From an uncultured delta proteobacterium (GTDB lineage Bacteria > Bdellovibrionota > FAC87 > UBA2466), in contig CAVZSV010000001.1 of assembly GCA_963778115.1 (NCBI GenBank), forward strand, positions 65,011 to 129,010: DNA of 64,000 bases, read 5' to 3'. The notes beneath the pieces were generated by a model that saw only the letters and a list, made by a program, of their open reading frames with translations, ran no database searches and had not been told where the DNA came from. Made by a program: the position numbers and the translations under genes. How positions within the stretch are numbered: the first letter of the stretch is position 1; each line of letters begins with the position of its first letter. Below, in pieces: positions 43,474-52,232 of the stretch.

Positions 43474-44340
43474 TCATGCGGCGGTCTTCCTCCTATGGGA
43501 TTTCGCTTCAGCTGCGGCACGATGATACTTGTGGGCAATCGCCGAAAGGTCCACGGTCGGCGAGGGTAATTTCATTTTCAGATTTTCCAGGGTGCTCGTG
43601 ATTATCTGGGAGATAGCAAGATCGCGGAACCATTTGTGGTCCGATGGGATAACGAACCATGGGGCGTGCTTGGTATTGGTCTTGTGCAATAGATCCTCAT
43701 ACGCCTTCGTATACTCATCCCAGTACTCCCGCTCTTTATAATCAGAATCACTGATTTTCCAATTTCTGGCTGGGTCATCCAATCTCTTCTTAAAGCGTGC
43801 GAGCTGTTCTTCCTTCGATATGTGTAAGAAAAACTTGAGGATGGTCGTGTTGTTTTGGATAGCAAGAAGCCTTTCGAAATCATTGATGAGATCGAAGCGC
43901 TTGGACCACTCTTTTTGAGGCACAAGTTTATGGACTCGAACGACGAGAACATCCTCATAATGGGAGCGATTAAAAATAGCAACACTGCCCTTACGAGGTG
44001 CATGGGGGTGCACCCGCCACAGGAAGTCGTGTTCCAATTCTTCCGGGCTCGGTTGTTTAAAGGACGCAACGACGCACCCTTGAGGATTCATACCCGTCAA
44101 AACGTGTCTTACGACGCCGTCCTTACCTGCCCCATCCAGTCCTTGGAGAACAATAAGAAGGGAATGTGTATTCTCGGCGTACATCAGATATTGCAGTTGA
44201 TCCATCTTCTGCAGATGTTTTTGGATCACGGGCAGTCCTTCTCTGTGGGATTCGTGCTTTCCATGACTGCTAGGACTTAAGTCTGCGAGTCTGACTTTGG
44301 CGCCTGGCTCAATGAATAGTTTCTCTCGATAGTTCTCCAT
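43474..44340 (-). CDS. ppk2: Polyphosphate kinase 2 (PPK2) family polyphosphate:nucleotide phosphotransferase
   Basis: Walker A LLIVLQGLDGAGKDG, the lid/Walker B region, and conserved ...RVHPHAP...NRSHYEDVLVVRVH. Confidence 0.85.
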   Translation of the reverse strand: MENYREKLFIEPGAKVRLADLSPSSHGKHESHREGLPVIQKHLQKMDQLQYLMYAENTHSLLIVLQGLDGAGKDGVVRHVLTGMNPQGCVVASFKQPSPEELEHDFLWRVHPHAPRKGSVAIFNRSHYEDVLVVRVHKLVPQKEWSKRFDLINDFERLLAIQNNTTILKFFLHISKEEQLARFKKRLDDPARNWKISDSDYKEREYWDEYTKAYEDLLHKTNTKHAPWFVIPSDHKWFRDLAISQIITSTLENLKMKLPSPTVDLSAIAHKYHRAAAEAKSHRRKTAA

Positions 44341-44374
44341 ATTCCTCTCCCATTATTCTTGCAAAAACCAGGGA

Positions 44375-46888
44375 CTAAGAGGCTTCTCTCGTGGGCAGAG
44401 AGCCTTTAACAGTTTGAAGTAATTTTGAAGCCGGTGCCGAAACTTTGTTGGCTTGACCCGAATCCAGTATTCGATACGCGAGAAGCTTCAATCGGTCGTT
44501 TAGAAGCGCCCATGTTGCGGCATAAGCCCACACGAAAAACGCCCATCCCCATCCTAAGGGCGTCATAAACAGACCGTACACCGCAATCAACGTTGCTACG
44601 GTTTGTGTGCCTAGCACTGCTACCCACAAGATTCGGGCGGGACGAATAGACCAGAACGGTCCACGCGTCCTGGTCAGGAATATCGTCATATGTCCTGCGA
44701 CAGACAGTTTGAGGTACATTAGAGTTTGAATGTGATCGCGATCAAGATGAAAGACCCGCTCGCCAAGGTAGAAGAGAATGAATGCCGCTAAGACACCAAG
44801 GATGCCGAGCACAGTGGATATTCCGAGCACCAGGCGCATGTTCCACGCCTCCGGGGAATTCTTGTAATGAACTCTATCGTAAGCAATGGACAGAATAGCT
44901 CCGTCATTAAGTAAGGCCAACATGACGATCATGACTGCGGTCACTGGATAGAAGTTAAATACCAGGATCGAAAGAGTCATGAATAAGAGTACTCGCAAGG
45001 TCTCAGCGATTCGGTAAATCGCATAACTGTTCATCCGCTGAAAAATTTTACGACTCTCCTTTATAGCCGTGACTATTACGGATAGTCCCGGCGTCATGAG
45101 AACGATCGATGCCGCGGCACGAGCTGCATCCGTCGCATCCGAAACCGCGATACCGCAGTCGGCCTTCTTGAGAGCGGGAGCATCATTAACCCCATCGCCG
45201 GTCATGCCCACGATGTGGCCGCGTTTCTGGAGAACATCTACAATGTGAAACTTATGCTCCGGAAATACCTGCGCGAAACCATCCGATTTCTCAATGGAGT
45301 CTGCGAGCTCTTTAGTCTCCTCGTGCTTACTATCGGCAAACCCGCTGGCATTCAGGATATTGGTGCCCAGTCCCAACTTCTTGGCCGTTTCCCGAGCGAT
45401 TGCCATCTGGTCGCCCGTTACCATCTTGATGTTGACTCCCATCTGTCTGGCAGTGGTAATGGTCGCCTTGGCGTCTTCTCTTGGGGGATCGAAGAGCGGC
45501 AATACCCCTAAAAACTGCCACGCACCGTCGGCGCTTGTCCGAGCTACTCCAAGCGAGCGAAAACCGCGTGCGGCAAATTCATTCACGGCCTTTTCGACGT
45601 CTGCTTGGATCTTTCCGGCGTTTGCCGACAATTGCAGGACTACTTGGGGTGCTCCTTTTGTCGTCTTAAACTCTTTTCCGTCCGTTCCCTTCACCGTGGC
45701 TTCCGTACGCTTATGCACTGGATCGAACGGGAGGAAGTGAATCACCTGATAGCCCTTGAGTGCGGATTCGCTTTTCAGGCCCTTCAGAACGGCCAGGTCG
45801 ATAGTGTCTTTATCGTCCGCTCGTGACGCCAGAGCCGCACTTAGAATAAGATCATCCAACGTCGTTCCATTTACGGCGAATGGATCACCCAAGGTCAGTT
45901 TGTTCTGGGTCAAGGTGCCGGTCTTATCCGCGCACAGAACATCCACTCCTGCTAATTCCTCGATAGCGGTGAGGCGCGTCACAATCGCCTGCTCCTTGGC
46001 CAGAATTCGAGCCCCCACCGCCATCGTCACTGAAAGCACTGTGGGCATCGCTACGGGAATAGCGGCTACCGTCAACACTAGAGCAAACTGCAATGTGGTG
46101 AGAATCGGATCTCCCCTGAAGACAGCGATCGTAATAATCATCGCCACCAAAATAACGGCGAACACGATCAGATAATTACCAATCTTCAAAACGGCCTTCT
46201 GGAAATGACTGACGGTTCGTGCTTCGGCTACGAGTTCCGCGGTCTTTCCGAAAAAGGTGTTCTGACCCGTGGCATAGACGAGCGCATCTATTTCACCTTG
46301 GCGGACAACGGAACCGGAAAAGATCGCTTCCCCGGGCTTGCGCGTTGCAGGCAATGATTCACCGGTTAGCGTCGACTCATCCACTTCTATCGGGTCACCT
46401 GCAAGTAGACGCGCGTCCGCCGGTACAATGTCCCCCAATCGCACACGAATGACATCGCCCGGAACTAGATCACGCGCTGGCGCCGAGATCCACTGATTGT
46501 CGCGTCTCACCCGAGCGTTAATGGCAAGCTTTGCTTTAAGGGCCTCGATGGCGTTACCCGCCTGGCGTTCCTCCCAGAATCCCACGATGGCGTTGGAAAG
46601 TAACAATACGAGAATGATCAAGAAATCGGGCCAGTGGCGAGCTACCGCGGAAAGAATTACGGCCGCCTCGATCATCCACGGAATCGGTCCCCAAAAGTAG
46701 CTCAGAAACTTTAGAAATAGGTTCGTCTTCTTCTCTTCAATTGCGTTGGGACCATATTGGAGGAGCCGCTTCCGCGCCTCAGCTAGGCTGAGGCCGTCCG
46801 GCGATGCTCCTAACTTTTTTTCAAGTTCCGGTAGAGGCAATGATTTTAGATCGGCGTGGCCATGTGACTTAACCGTATTAGACATCAT
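44375..46888 (-). CDS. P-type ATPase, P3A (plasma-membrane H+-ATPase-like) subfamily
   Basis: Phosphorylation motif CADKTGTLT, plus TGES and MVTGDQ, and hinge GDGVNDAPALKKAD. The N-terminus (GPNAIEEKK..FLKFLSYFWGPIPWMIEAAVI) closely parallels plant/fungal AHA/PMA1 H+-ATPases. Confidence 0.9.
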   Translation of the reverse strand: MMSNTVKSHGHADLKSLPLPELEKKLGASPDGLSLAEARKRLLQYGPNAIEEKKTNLFLKFLSYFWGPIPWMIEAAVILSAVARHWPDFLIILVLLLSNAIVGFWEERQAGNAIEALKAKLAINARVRRDNQWISAPARDLVPGDVIRVRLGDIVPADARLLAGDPIEVDESTLTGESLPATRKPGEAIFSGSVVRQGEIDALVYATGQNTFFGKTAELVAEARTVSHFQKAVLKIGNYLIVFAVILVAMIITIAVFRGDPILTTLQFALVLTVAAIPVAMPTVLSVTMAVGARILAKEQAIVTRLTAIEELAGVDVLCADKTGTLTQNKLTLGDPFAVNGTTLDDLILSAALASRADDKDTIDLAVLKGLKSESALKGYQVIHFLPFDPVHKRTEATVKGTDGKEFKTTKGAPQVVLQLSANAGKIQADVEKAVNEFAARGFRSLGVARTSADGAWQFLGVLPLFDPPREDAKATITTARQMGVNIKMVTGDQMAIARETAKKLGLGTNILNASGFADSKHEETKELADSIEKSDGFAQVFPEHKFHIVDVLQKRGHIVGMTGDGVNDAPALKKADCGIAVSDATDAARAAASIVLMTPGLSVIVTAIKESRKIFQRMNSYAIYRIAETLRVLLFMTLSILVFNFYPVTAVMIVMLALLNDGAILSIAYDRVHYKNSPEAWNMRLVLGISTVLGILGVLAAFILFYLGERVFHLDRDHIQTLMYLKLSVAGHMTIFLTRTRGPFWSIRPARILWVAVLGTQTVATLIAVYGLFMTPLGWGWAFFVWAYAATWALLNDRLKLLAYRILDSGQANKVSAPASKLLQTVKGSLPTREAS

Positions 46889-47163
46889 CAGCGTGCTCCT
46901 TTTTCCGCTTCTGCATCACGGTGTGCGGATTAACTAGCGGGTCTTGGGTTATCACGCACAGATGGTCTAGCCAAGATGTTAGAAGCGGAAGGTCTGTCCG
47001 TTTTGGACGGCGAGTGGTCTCAGGACTCATTTTGGTGTTGGGACTTTATATGGTCTACAAGGGAATATTTACCTAAGATTTCACTGGTTCACCCCACATA
47101 ACCGAAGACACATTTTGATTATTGTTGACTCCGTACTATAGTACGGAGTCTATAATTTGAGGT

Positions 47164-47568
47164 GTGGATATGACTATTGGCAAACTGGCGGAGGCAGCGG
47201 GGGTCGGCGTGGAGACCATCCGTTTTTATGAGCGAAAAGGTCTCATCAAAAAGCCGCAGCGCAAAGACGGCGGATTTCGTTACTACTCAGACGAGGAAGC
47301 ATCAAGAGTACGGTTTGTAAAACGGGCCCAGGAGTTGGGGTTCACGCTACGCGAAGTGAAAGATCTCCTGGACCTTCAATCCAAGCGCAAGGTGACCGGC
47401 TCGCAGGTCCAAAAGAGGGCTCAAGAGAAAATAACCGAGATCCATAAAAAGATTTCTGACTTGAAACAAATGGAAGCGTCACTCCAGCGCCTTGCCGAAG
47501 TCTGCGGAGATGGCGAACAAGCCATCCGAGAATGCAAAATTTTCGACTGTTTTGGAAAAGGTTGCTGA
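47164..47568 (+). CDS. MerR-family metal(loid)-responsive regulator with a C-terminal Cys cluster
   Basis: MerR HTH (IGKLAEAAGVGVETIRFYERKGLI...ELGFTLREV), a coiled coil, then C-x8-C...C-x5-C. Confidence 0.85.
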   Translation: MDMTIGKLAEAAGVGVETIRFYERKGLIKKPQRKDGGFRYYSDEEASRVRFVKRAQELGFTLREVKDLLDLQSKRKVTGSQVQKRAQEKITEIHKKISDLKQMEASLQRLAEVCGDGEQAIRECKIFDCFGKGC

Positions 47569-47582
47569 AGAAAGGATTAATT

Positions 47583-48023
47583 ATGAGACCTCACTTATCA
47601 ATGAATGTGAAAAGCCTCGAAAAGTCGGTCGACTTTTACCGGACGGTATTTGGAGTTGAGCCCCAAAAGCGATCCTCTACCTACGCAAAATTTGACCTCA
47701 ATGACCCCCTTTTTAATTTCACCATGCACGAAGTTTCTGAAGGAAGAGATGCGAGTCGGGTCAATCATCTAGGTATCGAAGTCGGAAGCGTTGAAGAGGT
47801 ATTAGCCTGGAAGAAACGGCTTGAAACGAAGAAAATACAAACTTTGTCCGAGGAGAACGCCGAATGTTGTTTTGCGAAGCAGGATAAATTTTGGTTCCAA
47901 GACCCTGACGGTAATTCCTGGGAAGTCTTTTTTGTTCACGAGCAGCTGCCCGTTGAAGGAGCGGAACCCCCAAGAACAGTATCGAAAGCGGGAGCCTGTT
48001 CTACCGCCTCCAAGTGTTGTTAG
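47583..48023 (+). CDS. VOC/glyoxalase-fold protein of the ArsI/CadI family. The ORF opens at 47532
   Basis: VOC fold with a vicinal Cys pair (ENAECCF), as in ArsI C-As lyases and CadI, plus a C-terminal Cys-rich tail (ACSTASKCC). It lies in an ars operon context. Confidence 0.65.
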   Translation: MRPHLSMNVKSLEKSVDFYRTVFGVEPQKRSSTYAKFDLNDPLFNFTMHEVSEGRDASRVNHLGIEVGSVEEVLAWKKRLETKKIQTLSEENAECCFAKQDKFWFQDPDGNSWEVFFVHEQLPVEGAEPPRTVSKAGACSTASKCC

Positions 48024-48032
48024 TACCCATAG

Positions 48033-49088
48033 ATGAATCTCGTTAAAAAGAAACTGTCATTTCTCGACCGCTATCTGACTCTATGGGTTTTCCTGGCAAT
48101 GGGATTAGGACTCCTTCTAAGTATCCGGGCACCCGGGCTCACTAACGCCCTTACCAGAATGAGTTATGGAACTACGTCCTTACCCATCGCCATCGGTCTT
48201 ATTTTGATGATGTATCCGCCCTTAGCAAAGGTGCGGTTCGAAGAACTTCCGCCGGTTTTTCGAAATCGAAGAGTTTTGCTTCTGTCCTTAGTTCAAAACT
48301 GGATTTTGGGACCGCTTTTAATGTTTGTTCTCGCGGTTATTTTCCTAAGGGATCGGCCGGAATATATGGCAGGGCTCATATTGATTGGGCTCGCCAGGTG
48401 CATTGCCATGGTCATCGTCTGGAACGAGCTTGCCGAAGGAAGCACTGAGTATTGCGCGGGGCTTGTCGCCTTCAATTCTATTTTTCAGATCCTCTTTTTC
48501 CCACTTTACGCCTATGTCTTTCTAACGGTACTTCCCAATGTTCTTGGGATTCAATCTTTGAAATTAGATGTCTCTATTGGAGAAATAGCGAGGTCCGTAG
48601 GAGCCTATCTGGGCATACCATTTTTGGCGGGGTTTCTGACACGCTTTATTCTACGGCCCCGAAAGGGAGCTGATTGGTATGACAAGAGTTTCGTGCCGTT
48701 TATCAGTCCAATCACGCTTGTAGCGCTCCTTTTTACAATCGCCGTGATGTTTTCCCTTAAAGGAAATCAGGTCGTTGAACTCCCGATGGAGACGTTGAGA
48801 ATCGCGCTGCCGATGGCGATCTATTTCATCGTGATGTTTTTCCTGTCTTTTGCCTTGAGCGAAAAGGCGGGCGCCAGTTATCCACAGGCTACCAGTCTTT
48901 CTTTCACCGCAGCCTCAAACAATTTTGAGTTGGCCATTGCCGTCGCGATTTCTACCTTTGGGCTCCATAGTGGGGTTTCCTTTGCGACCGTAATCGGTCC
49001 CCTTGTTGAGGTGCCCGTGCTGATTTCACTCGTTCGGGCCGCTTTTTGGTTTAAGAAACGCTGGCCTCTGAAGGCAGAAATGAGGTGA
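48033..49088 (+). CDS. acr3: Arsenite efflux permease, ACR3 family
   Basis: The 10-TM bile/arsenite/riboflavin transporter fold with ACR3 signatures ([43 protein letters not shown]). Confidence 0.9.
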   Translation: MNLVKKKLSFLDRYLTLWVFLAMGLGLLLSIRAPGLTNALTRMSYGTTSLPIAIGLILMMYPPLAKVRFEELPPVFRNRRVLLLSLVQNWILGPLLMFVLAVIFLRDRPEYMAGLILIGLARCIAMVIVWNELAEGSTEYCAGLVAFNSIFQILFFPLYAYVFLTVLPNVLGIQSLKLDVSIGEIARSVGAYLGIPFLAGFLTRFILRPRKGADWYDKSFVPFISPITLVALLFTIAVMFSLKGNQVVELPMETLRIALPMAIYFIVMFFLSFALSEKAGASYPQATSLSFTAASNNFELAIAVAISTFGLHSGVSFATVIGPLVEVPVLISLVRAAFWFKKRWPLKAEMR

Positions 49089-49092
49089 TGAA

Positions 49093-49560
49093 ATGAATAT
49101 CCTATTTATGTGTGTTGCCAATTCAGCTCGCAGCCAAATGGCCGAAGGGTTAGCCAAAAAAATATTTGATTCTTCAGTTCGGGTTGAAAGCGCCGGTTCG
49201 AATCCAAGCAAGGTCAATCCATTTGCGATTAAGGTAATGGAAGAAGTCGGGGTGGACTTAACTCAACACTATTCCAAATCCTACGATGAGCTGGAGCCGG
49301 CATTCATCGTCAAACTCGATTATGTCATCACCCTTTGTGCCGAGGAAGTGTGTCCTCAAATGGTATCTCGGGCAAAAAAAATCAACTGGCCTCTCTCTGA
49401 TCCTGCTAACAAAGCGGAAAATGACGAAATTCAATTGGCGACCTTTAGGGAAACTCGTAACTCACTCCTTTCTCGCCTTAGGGATTTCGCGAAGCAAAAT
49501 GGGATTAAATGGAAAAGCGGCGAAAGCGCGACCCACTGTTCTCTATCTCGACCGTCATAG
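49093..49560 (+). CDS. arsC: Arsenate reductase ArsC (LMW phosphotyrosine-phosphatase family)
   Basis: ILFMCVANSARSQMAEG is the CX5R P-loop of the LMW-PTP. It is the last gene of the ars operon. Confidence 0.75.
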   Translation: MNILFMCVANSARSQMAEGLAKKIFDSSVRVESAGSNPSKVNPFAIKVMEEVGVDLTQHYSKSYDELEPAFIVKLDYVITLCAEEVCPQMVSRAKKINWPLSDPANKAENDEIQLATFRETRNSLLSRLRDFAKQNGIKWKSGESATHCSLSRPS

Positions 49561-49587
49561 AGTCCGGCAATTTCTGCTGCGAGGATC

Positions 49588-49867
49588 GGTGTTTGAGTGT
49601 GTAGCGATTTTGGATTTGGTAAGGACGATGGAATTGGTGGAAGAAGGTATCGATGATTTGGAAATTGAGTTGGAGCATTTGGGGAAGATGTTGTCGGTGT
49701 TGATTCGATTTATTGAGACTAATCCGAGGAAATAAGAGTCCGATGGCGGGACGCAAATTTGATGGAACCTAGGTTGAGAGGGTTTGGAATTTTCGCAACA
49801 TTAACCGGCTACGCCGGTCTGGAGGTTAAGATTAAACTTAAGGGTAACCTTAATAGTTATGGCGGGG
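49588..49867 (+). repeat. 280-bp direct repeat, copy B. It contains a 5'-truncated copy of the four-helix-bundle gene 3' end (a gene fragment) and the 17-bp core at 49859-49875
   Basis: Near-identical to copy A. The ORF-track ORF 49286-49735 is a read-through artefact fusing the arsC antisense/out-of-frame region to this fragment. Confidence 0.85.
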
Positions 49868-49993
49868 CGGACGGGATTCTTTAGGACGATTTTGCAACGC
49901 GTTGGATCGTAACGATTATTAATAATCACAAAAGCTTACTCGTAAATTCGACATGACCGAAAGCGCACCAAACTGCCACTACTTGCCATTCCT

Positions 49994-50013
49994 GTCCCAC
50001 AGCCGTCCCACAC
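49994..50013. promoter_or_regulatory. CCTGTCCCACAGCCGTCCCACAC. GTCCCACA direct repeat, boundary element copy B
   Basis: Same architecture and offset from the core as copy A. It lies 57 bp upstream of the xis-like gene. Confidence 0.5.
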
Positions 50014-50069
50014 TTGAACCGTACGAACCGACCTTAACGAACACTTAGGCACACAATGAAGGAGGTACT

Positions 50070-50303
50070 ATGACTGACAAAAATGAGCCCGAGCAGATGG
50101 CTGCAGAAAATGACTATCGATTAGTTTGGACGTTTGATGATGTTGCCCGTGAGCTTCAGTGCTCTAAACGCCTGGTTGAAAAGCTTGTGCAAAAAGATCG
50201 TATTCCCCATGCAAAGGTGGGACGGCTTGTTCGGTTCAGTCCAGCCAGAATTAAAGAATGGATAGAGAAAGAGGGACGAGATGAATGCCTTATGCACCAT
50301 TGA
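50070..50303 (+). CDS. Excisionase/AlpA-family HTH DNA-binding protein
   Basis: 77 aa, ...FDDVARELQCSKRLVEKLVQKDRIPHAKVGRLVRFSPARIKEWIE matches the Xis/MerR-like winged-HTH 'excisionase family' pattern. Confidence 0.6.
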   Translation: MTDKNEPEQMAAENDYRLVWTFDDVARELQCSKRLVEKLVQKDRIPHAKVGRLVRFSPARIKEWIEKEGRDECLMHH

Positions 50304-50763
50304 TAGCGGCAGTAATTCCATCGAACGTAAAAGAGAGAGCCCATTTCGCTTTGGCGGCGAGAATAATCTGTGGCGAAGTACAGTCCTTATTGATCTTAAC
50401 GGCAATTATCTTTTTTCCCAATTCAATCGCCTTTTCAATTTCCCATTTCACCCATTCGCTGGCGTAAGTAGTGCCTCCAATTAGACAGAGAAAATGAGTC
50501 GCACCCGAGATCTTTGCGGAAATGGCTCGCTTAATAACCGCGGCATTAGTACTGTCGATAGAAATATCGGCCGATTGATCGCTCATTCCAAAGTCGAAAT
50601 CTCCATTCTTGTCCCAAGCAAGTAGCAGGTTTTTATAATGTTTGTCGTTATCAAAATCATAGCTGATAAAAATTCTTGTTTTTGCCACTCTTGCAACCCT
50701 CCCAAAAAGTTCTTTATTGTGGTGAGTCGTGATAAATATGTAAAGGAATTTCTCCCGGGTCAT
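50290..50763 (-). CDS. TIR-like protein of the ThsB/DUF1863 type
   Basis: RIFISYDFDND...W opening, with CLIGGTTYASEWVKWEIEKAIELGKKIIAVKIN. This closely parallels Bacillus ThsB (CVLIGSQTFNRRWVRYEIMKSIEKGNKIIGIHIN). Confidence 0.7.
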   Translation of the reverse strand: MTREKFLYIFITTHHNKELFGRVARVAKTRIFISYDFDNDKHYKNLLLAWDKNGDFDFGMSDQSADISIDSTNAAVIKRAISAKISGATHFLCLIGGTTYASEWVKWEIEKAIELGKKIIAVKINKDCTSPQIILAAKAKWALSFTFDGITAAINGA

Positions 50764-50862
50764 GGCGCTGCGCTCCAGGAATGGAAGAGGGACTTCGGGA
50801 TAACACTTTCCGTGGAAGAGAATGGGGGCTACGCGTTGAACAAGCCGCTTTGCTTCGTGCTA

Positions 50863-52197
50863 ATGCCATTTGGGGAAAAAGTGGACACGACAGGCACTAA
50901 AGTCGATTTCGATCGGGTTTATCAAGAGGTAATCGCGCCGGCGATTTCCGAATCAGGTATGGAGTGTATCCGTGCTGATGAAGAACAGGTCGGGGGCATC
51001 ATTCATAAACCAATGTTTGAGCGCTTAGTTCTTTGCGAATATGCCGTTGTTGATTTAACGACCGCCAACGCTAACGTGTTTTACGAACTAGGCGTTCGGC
51101 ACGCGGTTCGTCCTTGGAGCACGGTGCTGTTGTTTTCAGCTCCAACTCGATTACCTTTCGATGTTGCTCCCCTGCGCGCGATGCCATATAAGTTGCAAAA
51201 AAATGGCCACCCTGCTGAAGTTACTAAAACGAGGGCGTCCCTTGTAAAACGACTAAATACGGCACGAGCGGCAGCGAAAGATAAGCCCGCTCACGACAGT
51301 CCCGTTTTTCAGCTGCTCGATGGATTCCCCGAGATCGACCATACTAAGACCGATGTGTTTAGAGACCGAGTGAAATACTCGGAGGGAATAAAGCAGAGTC
51401 TCGCTGAAGCCAGGAAAAAAGGGCTCGACGCAGTAAAGGCGGTTGAAACCACTCTTGGCGACATTGCGACTCAAGATATTGGTGTAGCCGTGGACCTATT
51501 TCTTTCTTATCGTGCCGTTAGCGCCTGGAAAGATATGGTCGATCTGGTTGGGAAAATGGCGCAACCGCTTGCTGCGACGGTGATGATTCAAGAACAACTT
51601 GCTTTCGCTTTGAATCGTCTCCGAAAGAGTGATGAGGCGGAAGTCGTCTTGGTGAATTTGCTAAAGACCAGAGGAAAGAGTAGCGAGACGCTAGGGATTT
51701 TAGGACGCGTTTACAAAGATCGGTGGCTGGAAGCAGAAAAGTCCGGAGAGCAAAAGGTCGCTCAAGGTTGGCTCGAAAAGGCTATTGAGACTTACCTTCG
51801 CGGCTTTGAGGCCGATTGGCGTGATGCCTATCCGGGAATCAATGCGGTTACATTAATGGAAGTAAGGACCCCACCCGATCCTAGACGAAAAAAGCTGATT
51901 CCCGTTGTGATGTACTCAGTTGAACAACGCCTCGATCGTGATGAGCCGGACTATTGGGACCACGCCACACTTCTTGAAATCTCCGTACTAGGTCGAGACG
52001 AAATCACTGGCAAGGAGGCGCTAAACAATGCCCTTATCTCTATGCGAGAGGCATGGGAGGGCACGTCAACGGCTGGAAATTTGCTCATAATCCGAAAAGT
52101 AAGGGAGACGCGCAATGAGACCTTCAATTGGGCCATGGAAGCTGAGCAAGCCATTACGGAGCGGGTGCGAGTCATATCGCAGGCTGCAAAAAACTGA
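50863..52197 (+). CDS. Two-domain protein with an N-terminal nucleoside-2-deoxyribosyltransferase-like (TIR/SLOG-related Rossmannoid) domain and a C-terminal alpha-helical TPR-like domain. The ORF opens at 50638, with the likely start at MPFGEK
   Basis: FVLMPFG...VDFDRVY...ADLTTANANVFYELGVRHAV resembles the NDT-family catalytic-Glu motif (D..(S)GT.FElG). The remaining ~300 aa are helical-repeat. It lies divergent to the ThsB-like gene. Confidence 0.45.
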   Translation: MPFGEKVDTTGTKVDFDRVYQEVIAPAISESGMECIRADEEQVGGIIHKPMFERLVLCEYAVVDLTTANANVFYELGVRHAVRPWSTVLLFSAPTRLPFDVAPLRAMPYKLQKNGHPAEVTKTRASLVKRLNTARAAAKDKPAHDSPVFQLLDGFPEIDHTKTDVFRDRVKYSEGIKQSLAEARKKGLDAVKAVETTLGDIATQDIGVAVDLFLSYRAVSAWKDMVDLVGKMAQPLAATVMIQEQLAFALNRLRKSDEAEVVLVNLLKTRGKSSETLGILGRVYKDRWLEAEKSGEQKVAQGWLEKAIETYLRGFEADWRDAYPGINAVTLMEVRTPPDPRRKKLIPVVMYSVEQRLDRDEPDYWDHATLLEISVLGRDEITGKEALNNALISMREAWEGTSTAGNLLIIRKVRETRNETFNWAMEAEQAITERVRVISQAAKN

Positions 52198-52232
52198 TAT
52201 AGATCCTGCTTTCCGGCTCACTACCTTTTGGT

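Noticed and set aside
49185-49215. tRNA-like T-arm string GGTTCGAATCC
   Set aside because: It lies inside the arsC coding frame (…SAGSNPSK…) with no acceptor or anticodon stem context. No tRNA, rRNA or tmRNA could be supported anywhere in the window.
49286-49735. 149-aa ORF spanning the arsC 3' region into a four-helix-bundle-like C-terminus
   Set aside because: Artefactual read-through. The only meaningful part is the truncated duplicated four-helix-bundle gene fragment within repeat copy B.
41924-49867. A diversity-generating retroelement (Avd-like four-helix-bundle gene plus template/variable repeats) as the explanation for the 280-bp repeat pair
   Set aside because: The ~8 mismatches between the copies are not confined to adenines. 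No reverse transcriptase gene is present. One copy is simply a truncated gene 3' end. An integration-generated duplication fits better.
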